This document shows positions 38,722-47,058 of a stretch of DNA of 64,000 nucleotides, one piece after another. Source of the stretch: Candidatus Marinacidobacterium sp. (GTDB lineage: Bacteria > Acidobacteriota > Vicinamibacteria > Marinacidobacterales > Marinacidobacteraceae); contig OZ244852.1 of NCBI GenBank assembly GCA_965220965.1, positions 352,001 through 416,000 on the forward strand, given 5' to 3'. The stretch's first letter is position 1, and the number at the start of each line of letters is the position of its first letter. The notes beneath the pieces were generated by a model. It worked only from the letters and a program-made list of their open reading frames with translations, was not told where the DNA came from and did no database searches. The position numbers were made by a program, and so were the translations under genes.

Positions 38722-39791
38722 CGCAGCATTGTGTAAAGCGCGGCCATTTGCGCCCACATCCGGTTTTCGGCCTGCCGGACCACCTCGCTGCGCTTCCCGT
38801 CGAGCACCTCGGCGCGCACGACGACTCCCCGGCGCACCGGGAGGCAGTGGAGGAAGCGGCAGTCGGACGACGCGTTCGGGAACCAGTCCTCCGCGACTGT
38901 CCAGTCGGGGAGACCGGCGCGAAGCTCCCGCTCCGCCTCCGGATCGCCGTAGTGACGCGTCGAACTCCAGGACTTGGCGTAGAGGATGTCCGCGCCCTCC
39001 ATCGCCTCGATCCGGTCGGTCGTCTCGCGGACGGCGCCGCCGCTCAGGTCCGCCAAGCGGCGGGCCTCCGCCATGACCGGCGCCGGGAGTTCGTAGCCCT
39101 CCGGGCGGAGCACGGTCACCTCCATCCCCCGGAGCGCCGCCATGCGCAGCGTGTCAGAAGGCACCGCGAGGGGCAGGGCCCGGGGATGCTGCGCCCACGA
39201 CAGCACGAGCCGGCCCGCCCGGGCCGGCGTCCCGGTGGCCGCGCCCGGAACGCCCAGGTCGTCGAGCGTGAGCCAGTCGCCGAGCGCCTGGCACGGATGG
39301 CGGACGGCCGACTCCAGGTTCAGGAACGGCCCCGGACAGAGCTTCCGGATCGTCTCGAAGCGGGTGTCGGCGAGATCCTCGTCGAGGTCGCTCAGCCGGG
39401 CGAACGCCCGGACCCCGAGGGCGTCGCCATAGGAGGCGAGCACCGGAAGCGCCTCCTGGATGTTCTCGGCCGCCTCCCCGTCCATGACGGCCCGGGGATC
39501 GAACTCGAGCTTGTGGATGAACCGGTCGGGAGCGATCACGAAGCTCCCCCCGCCGAGCCGGGTCATGGCCGCCTGGAAGGACGCCTGGGTGCGCAGCGAG
39601 GGCGACAGGAACAGGAGCGCGAGCACCTTGCCTTCAAGGGCGCGCGGTTCGGGCCGGGCGCGGAGAAGCTTCGCGATCGCGACCAGCTCCCGAACGCCCT
39701 CCGTCCCGAGGTCCTCGAGGCGGTGGATCTCGCGGAGCTCTCCGGAAGCGCCGGGCCGCGAGCCACCGCCGCTCACCAGGCGCGGCCTCAC
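38718..39791 (-). CDS. argF: N-acetyl/N-succinyl-ornithine carbamoyltransferase (ArgF')
   Basis: SLRT (rather than STRT), HPCQ, WAQHPRALP, YAKSW, HCLPVRRG. GTGA overlap with argD. Confidence 0.88.
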   Translation of the reverse strand: MRPRLVSGGGSRPGASGELREIHRLEDLGTEGVRELVAIAKLLRARPEPRALEGKVLALLFLSPSLRTQASFQAAMTRLGGGSFVIAPDRFIHKLEFDPRAVMDGEAAENIQEALPVLASYGDALGVRAFARLSDLDEDLADTRFETIRKLCPGPFLNLESAVRHPCQALGDWLTLDDLGVPGAATGTPARAGRLVLSWAQHPRALPLAVPSDTLRMAALRGMEVTVLRPEGYELPAPVMAEARRLADLSGGAVRETTDRIEAMEGADILYAKSWSSTRHYGDPEAERELRAGLPDWTVAEDWFPNASSDCRFLHCLPVRRGVVVRAEVLDGKRSEVVRQAENRMWAQMAALYTMLR

Positions 39792-40927
39792 AGGGCGGCC
39801 AGCGCGGCGGTCAGCGAGCTCACTTCCTCGTCGAGGAGCGTCAGCGGAGGCATGAGGCGGAGCACGGCGGGATCCGAGGAGGTCCCGGCGAAGACGCCGT
39901 GCTCCAGCAGGGCGTTCCGGACCTCGCGCGCCGGGCGCGAACAGACGAGGCCCAGCAGGAAGCCGCGCCCCCGCACCCGGGTCACCGGTCCCACCGCGGC
40001 TTCGCTGCGAATCCGGTCGGAGAGGCGACGAACCCGTTCGAGCAGGTTCTCCTCGCGAATCACCCGGATCACGGTCGAGACGAGGGCGGCCGCGAGCGGA
40101 CCGCCGCCGAAGGTGGTTCCGAGCGCGCCCACCGGCAGGGCGCCGGCCAGTTCGGACGAGGCGAGCACCGCCCCGACCGGGTATCCCGCGCCGAGCGCCT
40201 TGGCGGTGGTCAGCAGGTCGGGGCGCACGCCGGACCACTCGCAAGCGAACGGCTTTCCGCTGCGCCCCATGCCGCACTGGACCTCGTCGAAGACGAGCAG
40301 CGCCCCGGCCCGGTCACAGGCCTCCCGCGCCGCCTTCAGGAAGTCGTCGGAGAGCGCGACCGCGCCGGCCATTCCCTGGACCGGCTCGAGGATCAGCGCC
40401 GCCACCGAGTCATCGATGGCTTCGGCGAGCCCGGCGGCGTCTTCCGGCGCGACCCGGCGGACATCGAACGGGGCCTGCGGGAACTGGTACCACTTCGCCG
40501 AGCCGTCGGTCACCGCCGCCGCGGCCGCGGTGCGCCCATGAAAGCCCCCGGAGATCGCCACCACCGTCGCCCGCCCGGGCCGCGCCCGGAAGGCCAGCCG
40601 GAGAGCGTTCTCGTTCGCTTCGGCGCCGCTGTTCACGAAGAACACCTGGTCGAGCCCTTCGGGCGCGAACCCGGCGAGCGCTTCGCCCGCCGCGGCCCGC
40701 TCCCGGTTGGGAACGGCATTGGTCTGGAAGATCAGGCGGCCGCCGACCTCCTGCAGGCAGGCGGTCACCGCCGGGTGGCCGTAGCCGAGGCCGCAGACCG
40801 CGTGCCCGCCGTAGAAGTCGATGTACTCGCGCCCGTCCGCCGCGCGGATGCGCGCGCCGGCGCCGGCGACCGGCTCGAAGGGAAGCTGGGCGTAGACCGG
40901 GAAGAGGTGCGGGGATTCGGCGGGCAT
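39788..40927 (-). CDS. argD: Acetylornithine aminotransferase
   Basis: NSGAEANE, FHGRT, EPVQG, DEVQCG, AKALGAG, TTFGGG, and arg operon context. Confidence 0.9.
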   Translation of the reverse strand: MPAESPHLFPVYAQLPFEPVAGAGARIRAADGREYIDFYGGHAVCGLGYGHPAVTACLQEVGGRLIFQTNAVPNRERAAAGEALAGFAPEGLDQVFFVNSGAEANENALRLAFRARPGRATVVAISGGFHGRTAAAAAVTDGSAKWYQFPQAPFDVRRVAPEDAAGLAEAIDDSVAALILEPVQGMAGAVALSDDFLKAAREACDRAGALLVFDEVQCGMGRSGKPFACEWSGVRPDLLTTAKALGAGYPVGAVLASSELAGALPVGALGTTFGGGPLAAALVSTVIRVIREENLLERVRRLSDRIRSEAAVGPVTRVRGRGFLLGLVCSRPAREVRNALLEHGVFAGTSSDPAVLRLMPPLTLLDEEVSSLTAALAAL

Positions 40928-40944
40928 TGGACTCCTTGAGGCCC

Positions 40945-42066
40945 TCAGAGCCAGCCGGGGGAGGGGGCGTCCAGCCCGGTTTCCTCGGGAAGGCCGAGCA
41001 GCCGGTTCATCCACTGGACGCCGCCGCTCGCGGCGCCCTTGCCGAGGTTGTCGAGGACGGCGAAAGCCACGACGGTCTCGCCGTCGGTTCGCGCCCCGAC
41101 GACCGCCGCCGCCGAACCCACGGTGTCCTTGAGCCGCGGCGCGCCGTCCACCCGGACGAGCGGGGCGTTGTCGTAATACGCGGCATAGATCGCGCCCAGC
41201 TCCTCGTCGTCCATCGGGGTGACGGGGGTGGCGAACACCGTCGCGTGGATCCCGCGGGCGAAGGGGCCGGAATGGGGGACGAAACGAACCCGGGGCCGCT
41301 CCCCGCCCGGCGGCCGGAGGAGGTCTTCCATCTCGGGCGCGTGCCGGTGGGTCAGGGGCTTGTAGGCGAACAGGTTCGCGTGGCGGAGGGGGTGGTGGGT
41401 CGTGGGTTTCGGGGCGCCGCCCGAACCGGTGCTCCCGGTGATGGCGGCGGCGTGCACATCGGGGGCGGCCCGCCCTGCCCGCACGAGGGGAGCGGCGGCG
41501 AGCGCCACCGCGGTGGCGAAGCACCCGGGGTGTCCCACCCGCCCGCCGTCGTCGCGGCCGATCCCGTGATCGAGTTCGGGGAGGCCGCACCGGAACGTGG
41601 GCAGGAGATGCGGCGCCGGATGGGGGATCCGGTAGATCCGCTCGAAGGTCTCCGGGTCGGGATGCCGGAAGTCCGCGGAGAGATCCACCACCGGAACGCG
41701 GACCCCCTCCGCGTCCGCCGCCTCGAGCAGCGCGGCGATCTGGGGAGCGGAGGCGGTGTGGGGGGCTGCCGAGAAGGCGGCGAGCCGGGGAAACTCGCGG
41801 GCGCCGCGGCGGAGGAGCTCCGGGACCGCGGCGGGTTCCGCGAAGCGCGCTCCCTCAACGGCGGGCCCGAGGTGCGGGAAGGGTCCGGCGACCGGCTGCC
41901 CCGCGTGGCTCTTCGACACCGCCCCGAGCAGCCGCATCCGGGGATGGCCCAGGATCCAGCGCAGAAGCTCACCGGCCACATAACCGGACGCGCCGAGGAC
42001 GACGACCCCGACCGGGTCGTTCGCCGCCGGGTTGGTCACGCCGGCGGGCGTGCCCGTTGCGCTCAT
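40945..42066 (-). CDS. argC: N-acetyl-gamma-glutamyl-phosphate reductase
   Basis: GASGYVAGEL, DLSADFR, GLPE, HPGCFAT, HRHAPE, DNLGKGAA. Confidence 0.93.
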   Translation of the reverse strand: MSATGTPAGVTNPAANDPVGVVVLGASGYVAGELLRWILGHPRMRLLGAVSKSHAGQPVAGPFPHLGPAVEGARFAEPAAVPELLRRGAREFPRLAAFSAAPHTASAPQIAALLEAADAEGVRVPVVDLSADFRHPDPETFERIYRIPHPAPHLLPTFRCGLPELDHGIGRDDGGRVGHPGCFATAVALAAAPLVRAGRAAPDVHAAAITGSTGSGGAPKPTTHHPLRHANLFAYKPLTHRHAPEMEDLLRPPGGERPRVRFVPHSGPFARGIHATVFATPVTPMDDEELGAIYAAYYDNAPLVRVDGAPRLKDTVGSAAAVVGARTDGETVVAFAVLDNLGKGAASGGVQWMNRLLGLPEETGLDAPSPGWL

Positions 42067-42521
42067 GACGCCCCTCCGGCGGCGCCGACCGCGGTGCGGA
42101 GCCTCTCGAGGATCCCGAGCTGCCCCCCCGGAGTATCGGCCGCGATGAAGATCGTGTCGTCGCCCGCAACCGTCCCCGCCGCCTCGGGCCAGTTTCCCTG
42201 GTCGATGGCGTGGGCGACCCGCTGGGCGCCCCCAGGCGGCGTCCGGATCACGACCAGGTGAGGGCCGGCCGGCCCGTAACTCTCGACGAGGGTGGAGAAC
42301 CCGGGCGGCGAGTCCATGGGGGCGGGCGCCAGCCGGTAGCGGCCGTCGACCTTGCGGGCCCCGACATCGCGCAGGTCCCGGCTTACGCATGGCTGGCTGA
42401 CGTCGTGCCCGTGCGAGCGCAGGTGGGTGACCAGCTCCGCCTGGGTGCGAAAGCGACCCTCGGCGAGCGCCTGCCGCAAGAGGGCCCGGCGCCGGGTGGG
42501 GACGAGGGCCAGGTCAGTCAT
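42063..42521 (-). CDS. argR: Arginine repressor
   Basis: TQAEL, VSQPCVSRDL, TPPGGA, GTVAGDDT. Confidence 0.9.
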   Translation of the reverse strand: MTDLALVPTRRRALLRQALAEGRFRTQAELVTHLRSHGHDVSQPCVSRDLRDVGARKVDGRYRLAPAPMDSPPGFSTLVESYGPAGPHLVVIRTPPGGAQRVAHAIDQGNWPEAAGTVAGDDTIFIAADTPGGQLGILERLRTAVGAAGGAS

Positions 42522-42546
42522 AGTATGCGCAAAATATGTTAGCACG
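42514..42546 (-). promoter_or_regulatory. Putative arg operon promoter / ARG-box-like operator
   Basis: AT-rich minus-strand TGCTAACATATTTTGCGCATACTATGA: an extended -10-like TGcTAACAT and the imperfect palindrome CATACTATG overlapping the argR start. Confidence 0.4.
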
Positions 42547-42574
42547 CCGTGACCGCCCTCTATCCTTCCCGACC

Positions 42575-43108
42575 ATGAGCCAGGCCGAGGCCTCCGAGGT
42601 CCGGAGAATCGTTCGCGCCGCCTTCCTGGCGGCGGGCGCCGTCTTCGCCTTTCTCCTGTGGCAGCTCTACCTGCGCGCGCCACCGGCGGAGGTTCCTGCG
42701 TGGAGCGGGTCGATCCCCCGGATCAACGCCGCCCTGAACGCCGCCACCACCACCCTCATCGCCCTCGGGGTCGCGGCGATCCGGAGCGGTCGGAGGAGGC
42801 TTCACGCGGCTCTCCAGATCAGCGCGCTGACAACTGGAGCGCTCTTCCTGGCCGGGTACGTGACGTATCACCACTTCCACGGCGACACTCCGTATCCCGG
42901 CGTCGGCTTCCTACGCCCCGTCTACTTCTTCGTCCTGATCACCCACATCCTGGCGTCGGGGGCGGCCGTTCCGCTCGTGCTGAGCGCGGCGATGCTCGCT
43001 ATCCGTCGCCGGTGGGTCCATCACCGGAAGTGGGCGAGGGTTGCGGTCCCGGTGTGGCTCTACGCTTCGGTCACCGGGCTCATCGTCTACTTCATGCTCC
43101 ACGGCTGA
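42575..43108 (+). CDS. DUF420 family membrane protein
   Basis: INAALN, FLAGYVTYH, YFFVLITHILAS, HRKWAR...WLYASVTG. Confidence 0.88.
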   Translation: MSQAEASEVRRIVRAAFLAAGAVFAFLLWQLYLRAPPAEVPAWSGSIPRINAALNAATTTLIALGVAAIRSGRRRLHAALQISALTTGALFLAGYVTYHHFHGDTPYPGVGFLRPVYFFVLITHILASGAAVPLVLSAAMLAIRRRWVHHRKWARVAVPVWLYASVTGLIVYFMLHG

Positions 43109-43159
43109 TCGCCGGGCGTCGGCCAGCAGTCCGGCGCAAACCACCTCCAGAGGATTCCC

Positions 43160-43720
43160 ATGATTCGCAGACTCTTCATCGCCACGCTGCTGGCGGCCGT
43201 CCCGGCGGCGGCCCAGGCCCCCCGGGGCGCGCTTCAGGCCGACGTCGGCGGCGCCGTCGTCACGATCGACTACGGCCGCCCGGCTCTCGGGGAGCGGATG
43301 CTCTCCGACCTGCTGGCCATGCTCCCCGAAGAGCGGGTCTGGCGCGCGGGGGAGAACCAGGTGACGATCCTCGAGACCAGCGGTGACATCCTGATCGGAG
43401 GCCGGTCGGTTCCCGCCGGCCGCTACAGCCTCTATCTCCACATTCCCGCCTCGGACGACCCCTGGTCCCTGCTGGTGAACCGCCATCAGGGAATCCCGCT
43501 CGGGGAGCTGTGGGCCGAGGCGCCCGCCGCCACGCGGAACGAGCCCTGGCCGATGCTCTCGGGCTACGCACCGATCGAGAACCAGGAAGTCGCGCGCATC
43601 CCGCTCGAGGCGGACGACGAAGCGACCGGGGGCGACACGTTCGAGATTTCCTGGACCGGCGACATGCTGCGATTCGCCTGGGGGCCCGCCAGCTACAGCG
43701 TCTCCGTCGCGGCGCCCTGA
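43160..43720 (+). CDS. DUF2911 family exported protein
   Basis: Signal peptide, IDYGRP, VWRAGEN, VPAGRYSL. Confidence 0.8.
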   Translation: MIRRLFIATLLAAVPAAAQAPRGALQADVGGAVVTIDYGRPALGERMLSDLLAMLPEERVWRAGENQVTILETSGDILIGGRSVPAGRYSLYLHIPASDDPWSLLVNRHQGIPLGELWAEAPAATRNEPWPMLSGYAPIENQEVARIPLEADDEATGGDTFEISWTGDMLRFAWGPASYSVSVAAP

Positions 43721-43791
43721 CGCGCCCGCGCCCGGCCCCGCCCGCGCGCGGGAACGGTCAGCCGGTCGCGGCGTTGTTTCTGACGACGCCG

Positions 43792-44454
43792 ATGACCGGC
43801 TCCGCGCTCACGACCACCGTTCCGCTCGCCCGCGAGGAGGCGCCGTTGCCGGCGCTGACCGACGGCGACCTCATGGCGCGGGTGGCGCAGGGCGACGCCG
43901 AGGCCTTCGAGCCCATCGTCCACCGCTACCAGCGGCGGCTGTTCGGCTACTTCCTGAGCCTGGTCAACGATCCGGCCACGGCGGCGGACCTGGCGCAGGA
44001 GACCTTCCTGCGCGCCTACCGCGCCGCCGGGCGCTACCGCGAGTCCGGCCGCTTCGAGGCCTGGCTGTTCCGGATCGCGGCGAACCTGGTCCGTAGCGAC
44101 CGTCGCCGGGCCGCCCGCCGGGGCCCTCACCTTCCTCTCGATGAGGTCGGGCCCTCGGGAGAGGTCGGGGATCCGGCGCCCGCCGGATTCGACCCGACTC
44201 CGGCCGCTCCCGACGAGAGCGCCTGGCGATCCGAAGTGCGGGACGCGCTGATGCGCGCCCTTCCGCGCGTGCCGTTCGCCTTCCGCCAGGCCGTGCTGCT
44301 GCGCGATCTCGAGGGCTGGTCGTACCGCGAGATCGCCGAGATGCTCGGAGTCGAGGAAGGAACCGCGAAGTCCCGCGCGCACCGCGGACGCCAGCGGCTC
44401 CGGGCGCTCCTCGCCCCCGGATTCGAATCCGTCTCCTTCGAGGGAGCGTGCTGA
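43792..44454 (+). CDS. ECF RNA polymerase sigma factor
   Basis: DLAQETFLRAY, AWLFRIAAN, SYREIAEMLG..GTAKSRAHRGR. Confidence 0.92.
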   Translation: MTGSALTTTVPLAREEAPLPALTDGDLMARVAQGDAEAFEPIVHRYQRRLFGYFLSLVNDPATAADLAQETFLRAYRAAGRYRESGRFEAWLFRIAANLVRSDRRRAARRGPHLPLDEVGPSGEVGDPAPAGFDPTPAAPDESAWRSEVRDALMRALPRVPFAFRQAVLLRDLEGWSYREIAEMLGVEEGTAKSRAHRGRQRLRALLAPGFESVSFEGAC

Positions 44455-45005
44455 TGAACCGCCTCCTGTCCGACTCCGAGCTGCGCCGGATGGTCGCCGA
44501 GCTGCCGCATCCCGAGCCCCCCAAGGGGTTCGCCGACGCCACGATGGCCCGCATCCGGGCCGAGGAGCGGCGTCGCCGGCGGCGCCCGTGGTTCCTCGCG
44601 GCCGCCGCGGCGGTCCTCGTCGCCTCGGGTCTCCTCGTCTCGCGCGGGACCGACCCCTCGGGGGAGCTCCCCGCCGCTCCCGTGACCGCCGGGGCCGACG
44701 ACCCCGCGCGGGAGCTCGAGGCCCTGCGGGAGGAAGTCCGGCGGCTGGGGGATCAGCTCGCGCTCATGGACGCGCTGATGCGCGCTCCCTCCGACCCGGC
44801 GCCAGGCCGCGTTTCGCTGCGGCGGGTCGTGAACCGGGTCCCCGACGACTTCCCGCCCCTCGTCTCACCGGTCCGCATCGGTGGGACGGACGAACTCGGA
44901 GTGTTTCTCGACCTCGAGTCCTTCCTCGACGACGCCGCCTTCGCCGCGGCCGCCTCATCTTCTCCGGTCCGGGTCCTGCCCGCGTCCGACCGCCCTCGCC
45001 GGTGA
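44454..45005 (+). CDS. Putative anti-sigma factor (single TM plus coiled coil)
   Basis: PPKGFADATMARI, an Arg-rich stretch, then TM and coiled coil. TGATG overlap with the sigma gene. Confidence 0.7.
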   Translation: MNRLLSDSELRRMVAELPHPEPPKGFADATMARIRAEERRRRRRPWFLAAAAAVLVASGLLVSRGTDPSGELPAAPVTAGADDPARELEALREEVRRLGDQLALMDALMRAPSDPAPGRVSLRRVVNRVPDDFPPLVSPVRIGGTDELGVFLDLESFLDDAAFAAAASSSPVRVLPASDRPRR

Positions 45006-45036
45006 TTTCCCGGCGCCCCTGACAGGAGCTTCCACC

Positions 45037-45741
45037 ATGACGAACACCCGTCCCCGACTGCTGATCCGGTTCCTGCCGGTCGTCCTGCTGGCCGCCGCGC
45101 TTCCCGCCTCCGCCGCCCAGGCCTGGTGGGTCCAGCGCGAGCCCGGAGTGCGGGAAGTCCGCGTCGAGGGCCCCCAGGGCCGGCGGGTCATGGTGAGTTC
45201 GCTGGGCCGCGGATTTCTCGGTGTGGGGCTCCTGAACATCACTGACGAGCTGCGCCAGTTCTACGGCGCGCCCGCCGACGCCGGCGTTCTGGTGTCCCGG
45301 GTCGAGGAGGACTCTCCCGCCGCGGCCGCCGGCCTCGCCGTCGGGGACATCATCACCGAGGTCGACGGCCACGCCGTCGAGCGTCCGTTCGACGTGATCC
45401 GCGGAGTCGGTCGGCTGGCGCCGGAAGACACCGTGGAACTCGGGGTCGTGCGCGCCGGCGCCCCGCTGACGCTGACGGCGACGCTCGGCGAGCGGGAAGG
45501 CGGGGTCTGGTTCTCGGGCGACTTCGAAATGCCGGAGTTCGAGCGGCTGAGCGAGCTTGGCGAGGAGCTTCCCCGGATCATGCTGGACACCGAGGAGACG
45601 CGTCGGACGGTGCGGGAGGCGATGGAGGCGGCGCGCGAACAACTGCGGGGCCTCGATGTCGAGGATCTGACCGCGCGTCTGGCCGAAGCCGAGGAGCGCC
45701 TCGCGGAACTCGAGAAGAAACTCGCCGAGCGCGAGCGGTGA
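45037..45741 (+). CDS. Exported PDZ-domain protein with C-terminal coiled coil
   Basis: Signal peptide, GFLGV, GVLVSRVEEDSPAAAAGLAVGDII. No protease domain. Confidence 0.85.
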   Translation: MTNTRPRLLIRFLPVVLLAAALPASAAQAWWVQREPGVREVRVEGPQGRRVMVSSLGRGFLGVGLLNITDELRQFYGAPADAGVLVSRVEEDSPAAAAGLAVGDIITEVDGHAVERPFDVIRGVGRLAPEDTVELGVVRAGAPLTLTATLGEREGGVWFSGDFEMPEFERLSELGEELPRIMLDTEETRRTVREAMEAAREQLRGLDVEDLTARLAEAEERLAELEKKLAERER

Positions 45742-45804
45742 CGCCCGGCTGAGAAGGCGGATACTCTCCGCTCCGGGGCCGGCGGGGCGGCCCCGGAGCT
45801 CGCC

Positions 45805-47058
45805 ATGTCCGTTCCTTCGTCCTCCTTCGATTTCGGCCCTCCTGGGAAGGGATTCCGTCCCCCCGGTTTCGAGTGTTACCCGGCGGGTCTCGGCCCCGGT
45901 CGGCGCGCCTTCCTGAAGGCCGTCGCCGGCGCCGCCGCGATGGCTGGATTCGCCGGCTGCGGCCGGGAAGCCGGCGGTCAGGACGACGCCTCCGCGTCTC
46001 CGGCGCCGTCCCCTGCTGCGGATGGTCCCGGGCCGCTCCCGGTCTGGCCGGAGGGAGGCTTCGGCCCGGACGCGGTGCGGATTGGCTTCAACGAGAATCC
46101 GCTCGGTCCATCCCCCCGGGCGCTCGCAGCGCTCGCGGCGGACGGGCTAGGCGCCGGCCACGCCTACAACTACCCGGACGTGGTCCGGGACCGGATCGCC
46201 GCCCACCACGGAGTCGAACGCGACAACGTGCTCGTTGGCTGCGGCTCCACCGAGTTCCTGCAATTCCTGCCCTGGGGCTTCCTGAAGCCGGGGACGACGA
46301 GTCTGGTGCTGCCGGAAACGACCTACGGCTGGTGCGGCGGGGTGGCCGCGTCGATCGGCGCGGAGGTGATCCGCACGCCGATGGGGCCGGAGGGCCGCCT
46401 CGACCTCGAGGCGATGGCCGCGGCGATCCGACCCGACACCCGCATCGTGTATCTGGCGAACCCCAACAACCCGACGGGCGACGCCGTTTCCCGGGACGAG
46501 GTCGCCGCGCTCGCCGAGCGCGTCCCCGAGGGAGGGATCCTGATCGTGGACGAGGCGTACGCCGAGTTCCTCGACGAGGGGCAGGACGCCGTTCCGCTGG
46601 CGCTCGCCGGAGGGCCGGTCATCGTGGCGCGGACGTTCTCGAAGGCCTACGGGATGGCCGGGCTGCGCCTCGGCTACGTCCTCGGCTCCGGACCCATGTT
46701 CGAGAAGGCCACCGGGGTGTGGTGGGGAGACTTCGGACTGAACACCGCCGCCGCGGTGGCCTGCGGCCCGGCGCTCGACGACCAGGACCACGTCACCCGC
46801 TACGTCAGCGCGGTGGACGACGGCCTCGCCGAACTCCGCGAGGGCTTCGCCGGACTCGGCTGGCCGGCCTGGCCGCACCGGGCGCCGTTCCTGATGGCCG
46901 ACACCGGACGGGAGGCGCTCCCGCTCGCCTGGGATCTGTTCCGCCGGGGGATCTACGTCCAGGACGGCGGCGGCTGGGGTCTGCCCACGTTCCTCCGGGT
47001 CTCCGTCGGGCTCTCCGCCGACCACCAGGCGCTCTTCGCCGCGCTGCGCGACGCCTGA
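45805..47058 (+). CDS. HisC-like class I/II PLP aminotransferase with Tat lipoprotein signal
   Basis: GRRAFLK...FAGC, FNENPLGP, NPNNPTG, DEAY, RTFSKAYGMAGLRLG. Exact start uncertain. Confidence 0.85.
   Translation: MSVPSSSFDFGPPGKGFRPPGFECYPAGLGPGRRAFLKAVAGAAAMAGFAGCGREAGGQDDASASPAPSPAADGPGPLPVWPEGGFGPDAVRIGFNENPLGPSPRALAALAADGLGAGHAYNYPDVVRDRIAAHHGVERDNVLVGCGSTEFLQFLPWGFLKPGTTSLVLPETTYGWCGGVAASIGAEVIRTPMGPEGRLDLEAMAAAIRPDTRIVYLANPNNPTGDAVSRDEVAALAERVPEGGILIVDEAYAEFLDEGQDAVPLALAGGPVIVARTFSKAYGMAGLRLGYVLGSGPMFEKATGVWWGDFGLNTAAAVACGPALDDQDHVTRYVSAVDDGLAELREGFAGLGWPAWPHRAPFLMADTGREALPLAWDLFRRGIYVQDGGGWGLPTFLRVSVGLSADHQALFAALRDA

Noticed and set aside
38721-38735. CACAAT-6-ATG before argB as a leaderless promoter
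   Set aside because: It lies inside argF', and argB is already explained by ATGA translational coupling. An internal promoter cannot be excluded, but it was not counted.
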